32,000 bases of DNA from Longivirga aurantiaca (GTDB lineage: Bacteria; Actinomycetota; Actinomycetes; S36-B12; CAIYMF01). The position numbers and the translations under genes were made by a program. Location of the stretch: the NCBI RefSeq assembly GCF_042660085.1, contig NZ_JBHSTI010000002.1:120001-152000 (forward strand). The letters run 5' to 3'. Shown piece after piece: positions 24,675-32,000 of this stretch (position 1 is its first letter; each line of letters opens with the position of its first letter). The notes under the pieces were generated by a model that saw only the letters and a list, made by a program, of their open reading frames with translations, did no database searches and had not been told where the DNA came from.

Positions 24675-25277
24675 TTAGAGGGTGAGCCGCCCACGCTCGA
24701 GCCCCAGCTCCAGCTCGGCGGACCGGCGCATCCAGCGCTCGGCGTCGGCGGGGCTGATCGCGCCGCGGTGCGCGACACCCTGAAGGGCGAGGCCGTCGAG
24801 CATCGAGAGGAGGCGCCACGCGGCCGCGTCCGGCTCGTCGCACCTCATGGACCCGTCGGCGACCCCGTCGCGGATGAGCTCGACGAGCAGCGCGTGCCAC
24901 TCCTCGTTGAGGCGGCGCGAGGTCTGCTGCAGGGCCGGACGTCGTACGGCGTCGGCCCAGGCGTCGAGCCAGAGCTGCATGGCGACGTCGTCGTCGCCGC
25001 GCGAGTAGGTCGCGAGGAACTGCTGGAGACGGTCCATCGGTTCTGGACCGACCAGGGCGGCGCGAACCGCGCGCAGGTCGTCGCCCGCCGCGCGCTCGAA
25101 GGCGTCGGCGAGCAGGTCGTCCATCGATGCGTAGTAGTGGTGGACCAGCCCGCTCGAGGTGCCCATCTCGGCAGCGACGTCGCGCACCGTGGTCGCGGCG
25201 ATCCCGTGGCGCTGCATCACGGCCAGCGCGGCGTCGACGATCGCCGTACGACGCCGGTCGGGCGACATCCTGGCCAT
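24675..25277 (-). CDS. TetR/AcrR family transcriptional regulator
   Basis: N-terminal HTH RRTAIVDAALAVMQRHGIAATTVRDVAAEMGTSSGLVHHYYASMDDLL. Divergent from the GcvT-like operon. There is no SD before ATG 25277, so it is possibly leaderless; ATG 25268 is an alternative. Confidence 0.85.
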   Translation of the reverse strand: MARMSPDRRRTAIVDAALAVMQRHGIAATTVRDVAAEMGTSSGLVHHYYASMDDLLADAFERAAGDDLRAVRAALVGPEPMDRLQQFLATYSRGDDDVAMQLWLDAWADAVRRPALQQTSRRLNEEWHALLVELIRDGVADGSMRCDEPDAAAWRLLSMLDGLALQGVAHRGAISPADAERWMRRSAELELGLERGRLTL

Positions 25278-25372
25278 GACAGGAGGTTACGCCTATTGCG
25301 CGTCTGTCCAACAACAACCTAGGGTCTGGTCACCGTGCCGGACTCCGTCGGCACCGCGAACGGAGCATCCCG

Positions 25373-26572
25373 ATGGTCCTCACGACGCCGTTCCATCCGC
25401 GTCTCGTCGAGCTCAACGAGTCGCAGCTCTGGCAGCACTGGGCCGGCTACCTCTCCGCCGACCGCTTCGACCTGTCGGCGCGGCAGGAGCACACCGTGCT
25501 GCGCAACGCTGCCGGGTGGTTCGACACGTCGCCCCTCAACAAGTACGCGATCCGCGGCCGCGACGCCGAGCGGTTCCTCGCCGGCGTGTTCGTGCGCGAC
25601 ATCCGCACCTGCCGGCCGGGCCGGGCCCAGTACACGGTCTGGTGCGACGACCGGGGGCACGTGCTCGAGGACGGCGTCGTCTTCCGCCACGCATCCGACG
25701 ACTTCCTCCTGACGGCCGCGAAGCCGAACGCGGGCTACCTGTCGTCGCTGATCGGCAGGCTCGACGTCGAGGTGGTCGACGTGTCGACGCAGTGGGCGTC
25801 GGTCGCCGTGCAGGGGCCGAAGTCGCGCGAGATCCTCGCAACCCTCGCGCCCGACGTGCTCGACCTGTCGTTCTTCGCCATGACCCCGGCGAAGGTGGCG
25901 GACGTCCCCGTCACCATCAGCCGCACCGGGTTCACCGGCGACCTCGGCTTCGAGGTGATGATCCCGGCCGACGCAGCGCTCGCCGTCCTCGACGCGATCG
26001 TCGCCGCGGGGGCCCCCTACGGCATGAAGCCGTTCGGGAACGTCGCCCTCGACATGGCGCGCATCGAGGCCGGGCTGCCGCTCTACGGGAAGGAGTTCAC
26101 CTCGGCCCGTTACGCCTACACGGACCACGACCGGTTCACGCCGCAGGAGCTCGGCCTGGGCTGGCTGGTGAAGAACCTGGACGACGACTCCCGCCCCTTC
26201 GTCGGGCGACGGGCCCTGCAGCGCGAAGCGGCCGAGGGCTCCGCGCGCTGGTCCACCGTCGGCATCGTCGTCGACTGGAGGGCGTACCACGACACCTTCG
26301 AGGCCGCCGGTCTCGTGCCGCCCAAGGACCCGGAGCCGGTGGGCTGGGAGACGATGCTGTACGACGACGAGCGCGAGCGCGCCGGCTACGCGACGAGCTT
26401 CATGTACTCGCCGATGATGCAGGGCCACATCGGCATCGCACGAGTGCGGCCCGAGCTCGCCGCGGTGGGCACCACGGTGCACGTCGAGACGTCGGTCAAC
26501 CACCGCTACGTGAACGTCCCGGCACGCGTGACCACGCTGCCCTTCTTCAAGCCCGAGCGGAAGGTCGCCTGA
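25373..26572 (+). CDS. Aminomethyltransferase (GcvT) family protein, probable tetrahydrofolate-dependent C1-transfer/demethylase component
   Basis: GcvT-fold pattern: FDTSPLNKYAIRGRDAERFL, YTVWCDDRGHVLEDGVV, VAVQGPKSREIL, ISRTGFTGDLGFEV, ARIEAGLPLYG. GGAG lies 7 nt upstream of ATG 25373. Confidence 0.8.
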   Translation: MVLTTPFHPRLVELNESQLWQHWAGYLSADRFDLSARQEHTVLRNAAGWFDTSPLNKYAIRGRDAERFLAGVFVRDIRTCRPGRAQYTVWCDDRGHVLEDGVVFRHASDDFLLTAAKPNAGYLSSLIGRLDVEVVDVSTQWASVAVQGPKSREILATLAPDVLDLSFFAMTPAKVADVPVTISRTGFTGDLGFEVMIPADAALAVLDAIVAAGAPYGMKPFGNVALDMARIEAGLPLYGKEFTSARYAYTDHDRFTPQELGLGWLVKNLDDDSRPFVGRRALQREAAEGSARWSTVGIVVDWRAYHDTFEAAGLVPPKDPEPVGWETMLYDDERERAGYATSFMYSPMMQGHIGIARVRPELAAVGTTVHVETSVNHRYVNVPARVTTLPFFKPERKVA

Positions 26573-26573
26573 C

Positions 26574-28163
26574 ATGGCCGGCACCCAGTACGACGCCCTC
26601 GTCATCGGCGGTGGCCACCAGGGACTGATCCACGCCGCCTATCTCGCCAAGGGCGGCCTGCGCCCGCTGGTGCTCGAGCAGCGCTCGTTCGTGGGCGGCG
26701 CCGCCATCACCGAGCCGCTCCACCCCGGCTTCTCGTTCACGACGTTCTCCTACGGCCTCTCGCTCCTGCGCAACGAGGTGATCCAGGAGCTCGAGCTGGT
26801 GAAGTTCGGCTACCAGCCGCTGTTCATGCCGACGTCGTTCACGCCCATGGACAACGGCGACTACCTCTACCTGTCCGACGACCACGACCTGAACATCAAG
26901 GAGATCTCGCGGCACTCGGTGCGGGACGCCGACGCCTACGACCGCTTCCAGCACGACTTCTCGCGCGTGAAGCAGCTCGTGAAGCCGATCTTCGACCGGC
27001 GGCCGCCGAACTTCTGGTCGGACCGCGCCGATGACCGCGACGAGATCACCTGGCTCCTCGGGCACCTGGGGTCCGCCGACAAGAAGGTCATCCACGACGC
27101 CGTCCGTCTCATCACCGGGAGCACCGCGGACTTCCTCGACGACTACTTCGAGTCCGAGATCCTCAAGGGCGCCCTCGCCGGCTCGGGCATCATCGGCACC
27201 AAGGTCGGCCCCATGTCCCCGGGCTCGGGTCTGGTGATGCTCTACATGGGCATGGGCGAGCACGACGGCGACATGGGCGGCTGGTCGTTCCACAAGGGCG
27301 GCAACGGCGGGCTCACGCAGGTGATCGCCCGTGCCGCGCAGGCCGTCGGGGTCGAGATCCGCTACGACTCCGTCGTCGACCAGGTGCTCGTGGAGAACGG
27401 CCGCGCCGTCGGCGTGGTGCTCCGTGACGGCGTCGAGCTGCGCGCCGGCACGGTGGTGAGCTCGCTCGACCCCCGCCACACGTTCCTCGACCTGGTCGAC
27501 CCGCGCGAGCTGCCGACCGATCTCGTCGACGACGTGCGCCGGTTCCGCTTCCAGGGCACGGCGTCCAAGGTCAACTTCGCGCTCGACGACCTGCCGAGGT
27601 ACCCGGCGCTCGGGGACCGCACCGACATCTACCGCGGCTTCGTGAGCGTCAGCCCGTCGATCGAGTACCTCGAGCGGGCGTTCGACGCCGCCAAGTACGG
27701 GTGGTACTCCGAGAAGCCCTACCTCGACGCCTGCTTCCAGTCGGTCATCGACCCGGACATGGCACCGCCGGGGAAGCACGTGCTGTCGTGCTTCACGATG
27801 TACACGCCGTACGAGCTGCGTGGGAGCGACTGGGACACCGAGCGGGAGAACCTGGGCGACACGGTCCAGCGCCGCCTCGACGAGATCTTCCCGGGATTCT
27901 CCGACCTCGTGCTCCACCGCGAGGTCGTGACACCGCTCGACATCGAGCGCACCACCGGGCTCTCCGAGGGCAACATCTACGCCGGCGAGTTCCTGCTGCC
28001 GCAGATGTGGGCCTTCCGCCCGGCGCCGGGCTACACCGACTACCGCACGCCGATCGAGGGCTACTACCAGTGCGGCTCCGGCACCCACCCGGGCGGCTGC
28101 GTCATCGGCTCGCCGGCCCGCTTCGCCAGCCAGGCGGTGCTCGCCGACCGCGCGGAGCGCTGA
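26574..28163 (+). CDS. NAD(P)/FAD-dependent oxidoreductase, phytoene desaturase (CrtI)-related family
   Basis: N-terminal dinucleotide fold YDALVIGGGHQGLIHAAYLAKGGLRPLVLEQRSFVGGAA. About 530 aa with the C-terminal GSGTHPGGCVIG motif typical of CrtI-like amine/desaturase flavoenzymes. ATG lies 1 nt after the upstream TGA. Confidence 0.85.
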   Translation: MAGTQYDALVIGGGHQGLIHAAYLAKGGLRPLVLEQRSFVGGAAITEPLHPGFSFTTFSYGLSLLRNEVIQELELVKFGYQPLFMPTSFTPMDNGDYLYLSDDHDLNIKEISRHSVRDADAYDRFQHDFSRVKQLVKPIFDRRPPNFWSDRADDRDEITWLLGHLGSADKKVIHDAVRLITGSTADFLDDYFESEILKGALAGSGIIGTKVGPMSPGSGLVMLYMGMGEHDGDMGGWSFHKGGNGGLTQVIARAAQAVGVEIRYDSVVDQVLVENGRAVGVVLRDGVELRAGTVVSSLDPRHTFLDLVDPRELPTDLVDDVRRFRFQGTASKVNFALDDLPRYPALGDRTDIYRGFVSVSPSIEYLERAFDAAKYGWYSEKPYLDACFQSVIDPDMAPPGKHVLSCFTMYTPYELRGSDWDTERENLGDTVQRRLDEIFPGFSDLVLHREVVTPLDIERTTGLSEGNIYAGEFLLPQMWAFRPAPGYTDYRTPIEGYYQCGSGTHPGGCVIGSPARFASQAVLADRAER

Positions 28164-28222
28164 CCGAGGTTCGGGACGTCAGCGGGGACGTCGACCGCAG
28201 CCGAACGTGGTGAGAGATGACC

Positions 28223-28251
28223 AGAGGCCCGAGCCGTGGGCTCGGGCCTCT
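28223..28251. terminator. GC-rich hairpin, probable terminator for the oxidoreductase operon (+) and tRNA-Phe (-)
   Basis: 13-nt arms AGAGGCCCGAGCC (28223-28235) / GGCTCGGGCCTCT (28239-28251) around GTG. Located between convergent 3' ends. Confidence 0.65.
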
Positions 28252-28287
28252 CGGTGTCTGTCAGGTGCGGGACCTGTGGTGATGCTG

Positions 28288-28361
28288 TGGCCAGGGGCGG
28301 GGTCGAACCGCCGACCTTCCGATTTTCAGTCGGACGCTCGTACCAACTGAGCTACCTGGCC
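28288..28361 (-). tRNA. tRNA-Phe (anticodon GAA)
   Basis: The reverse complement reads GGCCAGGTAGCTCAGTTGGTACGAGCGTCCGACTGAAAATCGGAAGGTCGGCGGTTCGACCCCGCCCCTGGCCA. It has a 7-bp acceptor stem, D arm GCTC/GAGC, anticodon loop CTGAAAA and T arm GGCGG-TTCGACC-CCGCC. 74 nt, CCA not encoded. Confidence 0.95.
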
Positions 28362-28557
28362 TCCGCTGCCGTGGGCAGCCCGGAGATCGTAGCCGACGCA
28401 CAGGGAGCAGCAGAAATCCACCGGGCTGTGACGGCGCCGACACGCTCCGTCGAAAGTCGGAGGAGATTGCCCCCGGGGTGCATCCAGGCCGCAGAGGTGG
28501 GCAGAAGAGAGGTCGACGCCCGGAACAGCCGGGCCCGCACAGTCCCCGGGAGCCCCC

Positions 28558-29199
28558 GTGCGCCTTCGCCGTACCACTGCCTCGCTCGTCGTCGCCGCCG
28601 CCGTCGCGACGGGCGCCGTCACAGCTGCACCCGCCGCCACCGCCTCCGCGCCCGGCACCAACTCGCTCGCCAACGTCCTGCTCTCGGACGGCGACACGTT
28701 CGACGACAACCGCAACGACTTCGACATCGTCACCCAGGCCGCGCTGGCGGTCCTCGCGGAGAAGCCGGACTCGGCCGTCAAGGTCCTCACCGACGGCACC
28801 GTGCCGGTCACCGCGTTCATCCCGCGCGACCAGGCCTTCCGCCTGTTCGTCTACTCGACGACCGGCAAGTGGATCACCAGCGAGCAGGGTGTCTTCGAGG
28901 CCGTCGCGAGCTTCGGCATCCCCACCGTCGAGACGGTGCTGCTCTACCACGTCGTCGCCGGTGCCACGATCGACCGGGCGGGCGCGCTGATGTCCGACGG
29001 CGCGGTGCTCGACACGGCTGCCGGAGCTCCGCTCACGGTCGACATCGTGCCGAACCGCAAGATCGAGCTCCGCGACCTCGACCCCGACGCCACCGACGCC
29101 CGCGTGCGCTGGGACGCCTACGACATCAACAAGGGCAACCTGCAGATCGCGCACGGCATCGACCGCGTCCTGCGCCCGCTCGACCTGCCGAAGGCCTGA
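28558..29199 (+). CDS. Secreted fasciclin (FAS1) domain protein
   Basis: Signal peptide MRLRRTTASLVVAAAVATGAVTAAPAATASA. FAS1 motifs TAFIPRDQAF, LLYHVV, HGIDRVLRP. GGGAG lies 5 nt upstream of GTG 28558. Confidence 0.8.
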   Translation: MRLRRTTASLVVAAAVATGAVTAAPAATASAPGTNSLANVLLSDGDTFDDNRNDFDIVTQAALAVLAEKPDSAVKVLTDGTVPVTAFIPRDQAFRLFVYSTTGKWITSEQGVFEAVASFGIPTVETVLLYHVVAGATIDRAGALMSDGAVLDTAAGAPLTVDIVPNRKIELRDLDPDATDARVRWDAYDINKGNLQIAHGIDRVLRPLDLPKA

Positions 29200-29244
29200 C
29201 GCCTGCAGCAGCACCAAGCCCGCCGGGGCTGACCGGCGAACGAC

Positions 29245-29278
29245 GGTGGCCCGTCCCCTCGCGAGGGGACGGGCCACC
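29245..29278. terminator. Perfect 34-nt palindromic hairpin, bidirectional terminator between convergent genes
   Basis: GGTGGCCCGTCCCCTCG/CGAGGGGACGGGCCACC is fully self-complementary. Located between stop 29199 (+) and stop 29296 (-). Confidence 0.75.
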
Positions 29279-29295
29279 GCCATGACGTGCCTGCG

Positions 29296-31776
29296 CTACA
29301 GGTAGCCGCGCTTGCGCATGCCCTTGAGCGCCACCGCGCCGTACAGCGGCGGCACGTAGAACGTCGCGATGCGGTAGACGATCGCGGCTGACAGGGCTGC
29401 CGACTGCGGGATCCCGACCGCGGTGAGACCGGCGGTGAGCGCGGCCTCCGAGACCCCGATGTTGCCAGGGATCGGCATGAGGCCGGCGAAGAGCGAGACC
29501 AGGGTGTTGATGAGGATCAGCTCGGCGAACGTCGCGGTCTGGTCGAACGCGCGCAGCGAGGCGCCGAGCGCCATCGCAGCGATCACGTTCCAGAGCACGC
29601 TGCCGAACAGGATGAGCAGCAGCTTGGTCGGGGAGCGCAGCACCTTCAGCGCATCGATGCTGTCGGCGGCGCGGTCCTGCACGAAGCGACGTACTTTCGG
29701 CACCGCGAGGTAGAGCAGCACCGCCAGCACGATGAGGACGACGAGGACGATCAGGACGAGCGTCCAGTTCACGCTCGCGAGCGCCCCGCCGACGGTGCTG
29801 GTCGATCCCGACGACGGCGACGACGGCGTCAGCACGACGAGGCCGGTGAGCAGCGTCAGCACGATGACGAGCACCTGCACCAGCAGCCCGCCGAGGGTGT
29901 TGATGACGCTGATGGCCACGGCGGCGGTCGGGTTGCTGCCGACGAGCTGCAGGTGCCTGATCGTCAGCGCGATCTTCGCGGCCGACCCGGGGACCGCCAG
30001 GCCGAGGAAGCTGATGGCGTACTGCAGACCGAGGACCGGCATGAACCGCAGCCTGGCCATCGAGGCGCCCAGCGTCGCGATCGCCTGACCCACCTGGATG
30101 AACGGCGCGATGAGGATCGCCACCAGCACCCACGACCAGTCGGCGCCCTTGAACTCGGCGATCAGCGTGTCGATCCCGATGCCGGCGACGGCGCTGATCA
30201 CCGACCAGGCGACGAACCCGAGCACCACGATCATGAAGACCGAGGCGATCGTGACGCGCTGGAGCTTCTCGAGCGGCGGCTCCTCGACGCCGGTCGCCTC
30301 CGCGACCGCCGCCCGAAGCTCGGCCATCTTCCACTCCGCCGCCTTCGTCGCCGTCTTGGTCTCGGCGTCGAGAGCGGCCGGCTGCAGGAAGGGCATGAGA
30401 CCGACGAGGTCGTCGTGCGGGAGCGCGGCCTTCGCGACGCGCACCGCGGTCTCGACATCGGTGACCGTGGCCGTGCAGACGAGCATCTGCGCGTTGTCGG
30501 CGACCACGTCGTTGGCGTCGGGCGAGCTCGTGCCCGATGCGAGGTCGGAGAGAGCCTCGGTGCCGTCCTCGCGCACGACCAGGGCGTGCGGGCGCACCTG
30601 CCCGTGCGCGACACCGGCGGCATGCAGGCTCGTGAGCGCGGCCCAGAACCCGTGCAGCATCTCGTCGGTGACCTCGTCGCGCGCGAGGTCGGGCAGCGCC
30701 CGGCCGTCGTCGCGCCGCACGAGGAGCGCGTCCTTGCCCCAGGCCGTGCCGGCAGCCAGGACCGGCTGCACGGGCACGCCCGCGCGCTCGGCGTACAGGG
30801 TGAGGAAGGCCTCGTGCTCCACCTGCGTCTGGCGTCCGACCGAGGTCGCGGGGGCGCCGTCCTTGTAGAGCAGGCGCGACCACGCCGACGCGATGAGCGA
30901 GCCCTCGAAGGCGTCGCGCCCGTAGATGCGCACGAGGATGCGGCGTCCGGAGTCGTCGGTGCCCGTCGCGGTCACGACGCCACGCCGGTCTGTCGGCGCG
31001 TGCTCGAGCTCGCGGACATGCACGCCGAGGTCCTCGAGCTCGTCGACCACGAGCTCGAGCGGCACGCGCCCGCCCGGCGACCCGAAGGCGACGTGGACCG
31101 CGGACGCGGCGGCGACTCCCAGCACCACGCCGGCGATGGCGCCGACGAGGAGGTCGATCTCCAGCGCGACCCCGGCGACCGCGCCGAACGACACGAGCAG
31201 CCAGCCGAGGCGGCGGTAGGGGCGTGCGAGGTGCGGGGAGGACACCGCGACGATCGCGACCACCAGCGAGAGGCGCACCGCCGGGTAGATGCGGCCGGTG
31301 TCCTGCGAGGTCAGGGCGTCCCAGACGCCGCTCCACGTGCCGCCCTCGGCGTAGGCGAGGGCTGTCGCGATGCCGAGCGCGAGGATCGCGGCGACGAGCT
31401 GCACGAGGAGCAGGCGACGTCGCGAACGGCCGAACGCGGCGAGCACCACGAGCAGCAGGGCCCATCCCAGGGCCAGGGTGTACGCCGTCTCCCAGAACCA
31501 GCCGAGCAGGCCCGGCAGGGCGTCGAGCAGCTGCGTGACGGCGTTGTCGACGGTGCCCGGGCCGGGGGCGGGGACGGAGAGCAGCGCGAGGGTGACCACG
31601 GTGACGACCATCAGCACGACGTCGGTGGGACGCCGCTCGAGCGGCGCGTCGGCCGCCGACGACCACAGCTGGCCCGCTCCACGGCGCCAGACCCGCGGGT
31701 CCAGCCGGCCGACGGCCCGGGGGGTGGTGGCGGGATCGACCGTCGAGTCGCCGCCGTGCTCCGTCGTCCCCGACAT
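29296..31776 (-). CDS. Large membrane protein: N-terminal multi-TM block + central protein-kinase-like domain + C-terminal MprF-type (LPG synthase TM / flippase-like) domain
   Basis: ATG 31776 has GGAGGGG 6 nt upstream; the track start TTG 31779 is one codon earlier. At least 5 N-terminal TM helices. Kinase-like segments ILVRIYGRD, EHEAFL, HAAGVAHGQVRPHALVV, SDLASG. C-terminal multi-TM region with LFAGLMPIPGNIGVSEAAL (the PGGxGxxE-type motif of flippase-like domains). Confidence 0.8.
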   Translation of the reverse strand: MSGTTEHGGDSTVDPATTPRAVGRLDPRVWRRGAGQLWSSAADAPLERRPTDVVLMVVTVVTLALLSVPAPGPGTVDNAVTQLLDALPGLLGWFWETAYTLALGWALLLVVLAAFGRSRRRLLLVQLVAAILALGIATALAYAEGGTWSGVWDALTSQDTGRIYPAVRLSLVVAIVAVSSPHLARPYRRLGWLLVSFGAVAGVALEIDLLVGAIAGVVLGVAAASAVHVAFGSPGGRVPLELVVDELEDLGVHVRELEHAPTDRRGVVTATGTDDSGRRILVRIYGRDAFEGSLIASAWSRLLYKDGAPATSVGRQTQVEHEAFLTLYAERAGVPVQPVLAAGTAWGKDALLVRRDDGRALPDLARDEVTDEMLHGFWAALTSLHAAGVAHGQVRPHALVVREDGTEALSDLASGTSSPDANDVVADNAQMLVCTATVTDVETAVRVAKAALPHDDLVGLMPFLQPAALDAETKTATKAAEWKMAELRAAVAEATGVEEPPLEKLQRVTIASVFMIVVLGFVAWSVISAVAGIGIDTLIAEFKGADWSWVLVAILIAPFIQVGQAIATLGASMARLRFMPVLGLQYAISFLGLAVPGSAAKIALTIRHLQLVGSNPTAAVAISVINTLGGLLVQVLVIVLTLLTGLVVLTPSSPSSGSTSTVGGALASVNWTLVLIVLVVLIVLAVLLYLAVPKVRRFVQDRAADSIDALKVLRSPTKLLLILFGSVLWNVIAAMALGASLRAFDQTATFAELILINTLVSLFAGLMPIPGNIGVSEAALTAGLTAVGIPQSAALSAAIVYRIATFYVPPLYGAVALKGMRKRGYL

Positions 31777-31867
31777 CAAGCCCCTCCACCCTCACGTGCA
31801 CGCTGCGCAGCCGCCCGTGCACCCACTGGCAGGAACCGTAGCGCCGCCCGCCCGCTGAGACCGACGA

Positions 31868-31900
31868 ATCCGTCGCTACCGGGCCCGGGAGACGACGGAT
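31868..31900. terminator. Imperfect GC-rich hairpin downstream of the truncated minus-strand gene
   Basis: ATCCGTC (31868-31874) / GACGGAT (31894-31900) flank the CCGGGCCCGG palindrome (31879-31888). The inner and outer symmetry centres are offset by half a base, so the stem is imperfect. Confidence 0.35.
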
Positions 31901-31924
31901 CGATCAGTGCGAGCGCGAAGGTGA

Positions 31925-32000
31925 TCAGGCGGGTTCGGCGACGGCGCCGAGGGGGTCGGTGAGCACCTCGCGCAGGGCCGACCGCGCGGCACCGACGACT
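31925..32000 (-). CDS. 3' end of an unidentified gene continuing beyond the window
   Basis: The minus-strand frame reads ...VVGAARSALREVLTDPLGAVAEPA* with stop tca at 31925-31927, and nearly all third positions are G/C. Too short to classify. Confidence 0.4.
   Translation of the reverse strand, partial: VVGAARSALREVLTDPLGAVAEPA

Noticed and set aside
28461-28990. GGAGGAG followed by the 170-aa ORF 28478..28990 upstream of and overlapping the fasciclin gene.
   Set aside because: The SD-to-GTG spacing is about 10 nt, at the long end of the usual range. The translation is Pro/Arg/Ser junk and is off-frame to the fasciclin ORF, which has a clean signal peptide and FAS1 motifs.
28262-29300. A genomic island integrated at tRNA-Phe.
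   Set aside because: There is no integrase, no duplicated tRNA 3' segment, and the flanking genes (flavoenzyme operon, fasciclin protein) look like ordinary chromosomal genes.
29126-31962. Very long alternative ORFs over the MprF-like gene (898 aa minus strand 29126..31822; 669 aa plus strand 29953..31962).
   Set aside because: Their translations are Arg/Gly/Pro/Ala low-complexity strings typical of off-frame reading in high-GC DNA. The 29296..31776 frame gives coherent TM helices and family motifs.
1-32000. CRISPR arrays, rRNA, IS elements, transposases, integrases or a prophage.
   Set aside because: I saw no regularly spaced direct repeats, no transposase, integrase or phage-like ORFs, and no terminal inverted repeats. 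The only mobile-associated gene is the DUF222-HNH ORF, which has no recognisable element borders.

Overview
GC-rich chromosomal window with actinobacterial-type gene content; third codon positions are almost all G/C, and the organism cannot be named from the sequence alone. I support about 31 protein genes, one tRNA-Phe(GAA), several strong hairpin terminators and a few candidate regulatory motifs. I saw no CRISPR array, rRNA, transposase or integrase. All family calls rest on motifs read by eye in the supplied translations, because no database search was possible. Layout: (1) 3-611, 5'-truncated NarL-type response regulator. (2) 690-13691, the feature most worth follow-up. It is a roughly 13 kb, 13-gene divergent catabolic cluster: a type I Baeyer-Villiger monooxygenase plus SDR on the minus strand, facing an 11-gene translationally coupled plus-strand operon. 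That operon encodes SDR, DUF1116, SDR, SDR, a Cys-rich unknown protein, two glutamine-synthetase-like ligases, a peptidase-C26 gamma-glutamyl hydrolase, an HSL-family esterase, SDR and a FadR-type GntR regulator. I interpret it as a gamma-glutamyl protect-oxidise-deprotect amine pathway that uses Baeyer-Villiger/esterase chemistry, a combination I do not know to be described. (3) 13.7-16.0 kb: small CBM48 protein, an unknown protein, a Zn-alcohol dehydrogenase. (4) 16.0-19.2 kb: a small accessory-looking stretch with a CPBP/Abi protease, a possible 2-TM peptide and a DUF222-HNH endonuclease. The CPBP gene is flanked by a recurring CCGATAGC motif. (5) menB, tryptophanase with a divergent Lrp/AsnC regulator, a tandem-hotdog thioesterase, a DUF3024 + unknown gene pair, and a 4-TM protein. 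(6) TetR, divergent from a tightly coupled GcvT-like aminomethyltransferase + CrtI-family FAD oxidoreductase pair, a possible split oxidative demethylase. (7) tRNA-Phe, a secreted fasciclin protein, and a large membrane protein that fuses an N-terminal TM block, a kinase-like domain with apparently degenerate catalytic residues, and an MprF-type flippase-like domain. Many long alternative-frame and antisense ORFs in the track are GC-driven artefacts and were rejected.
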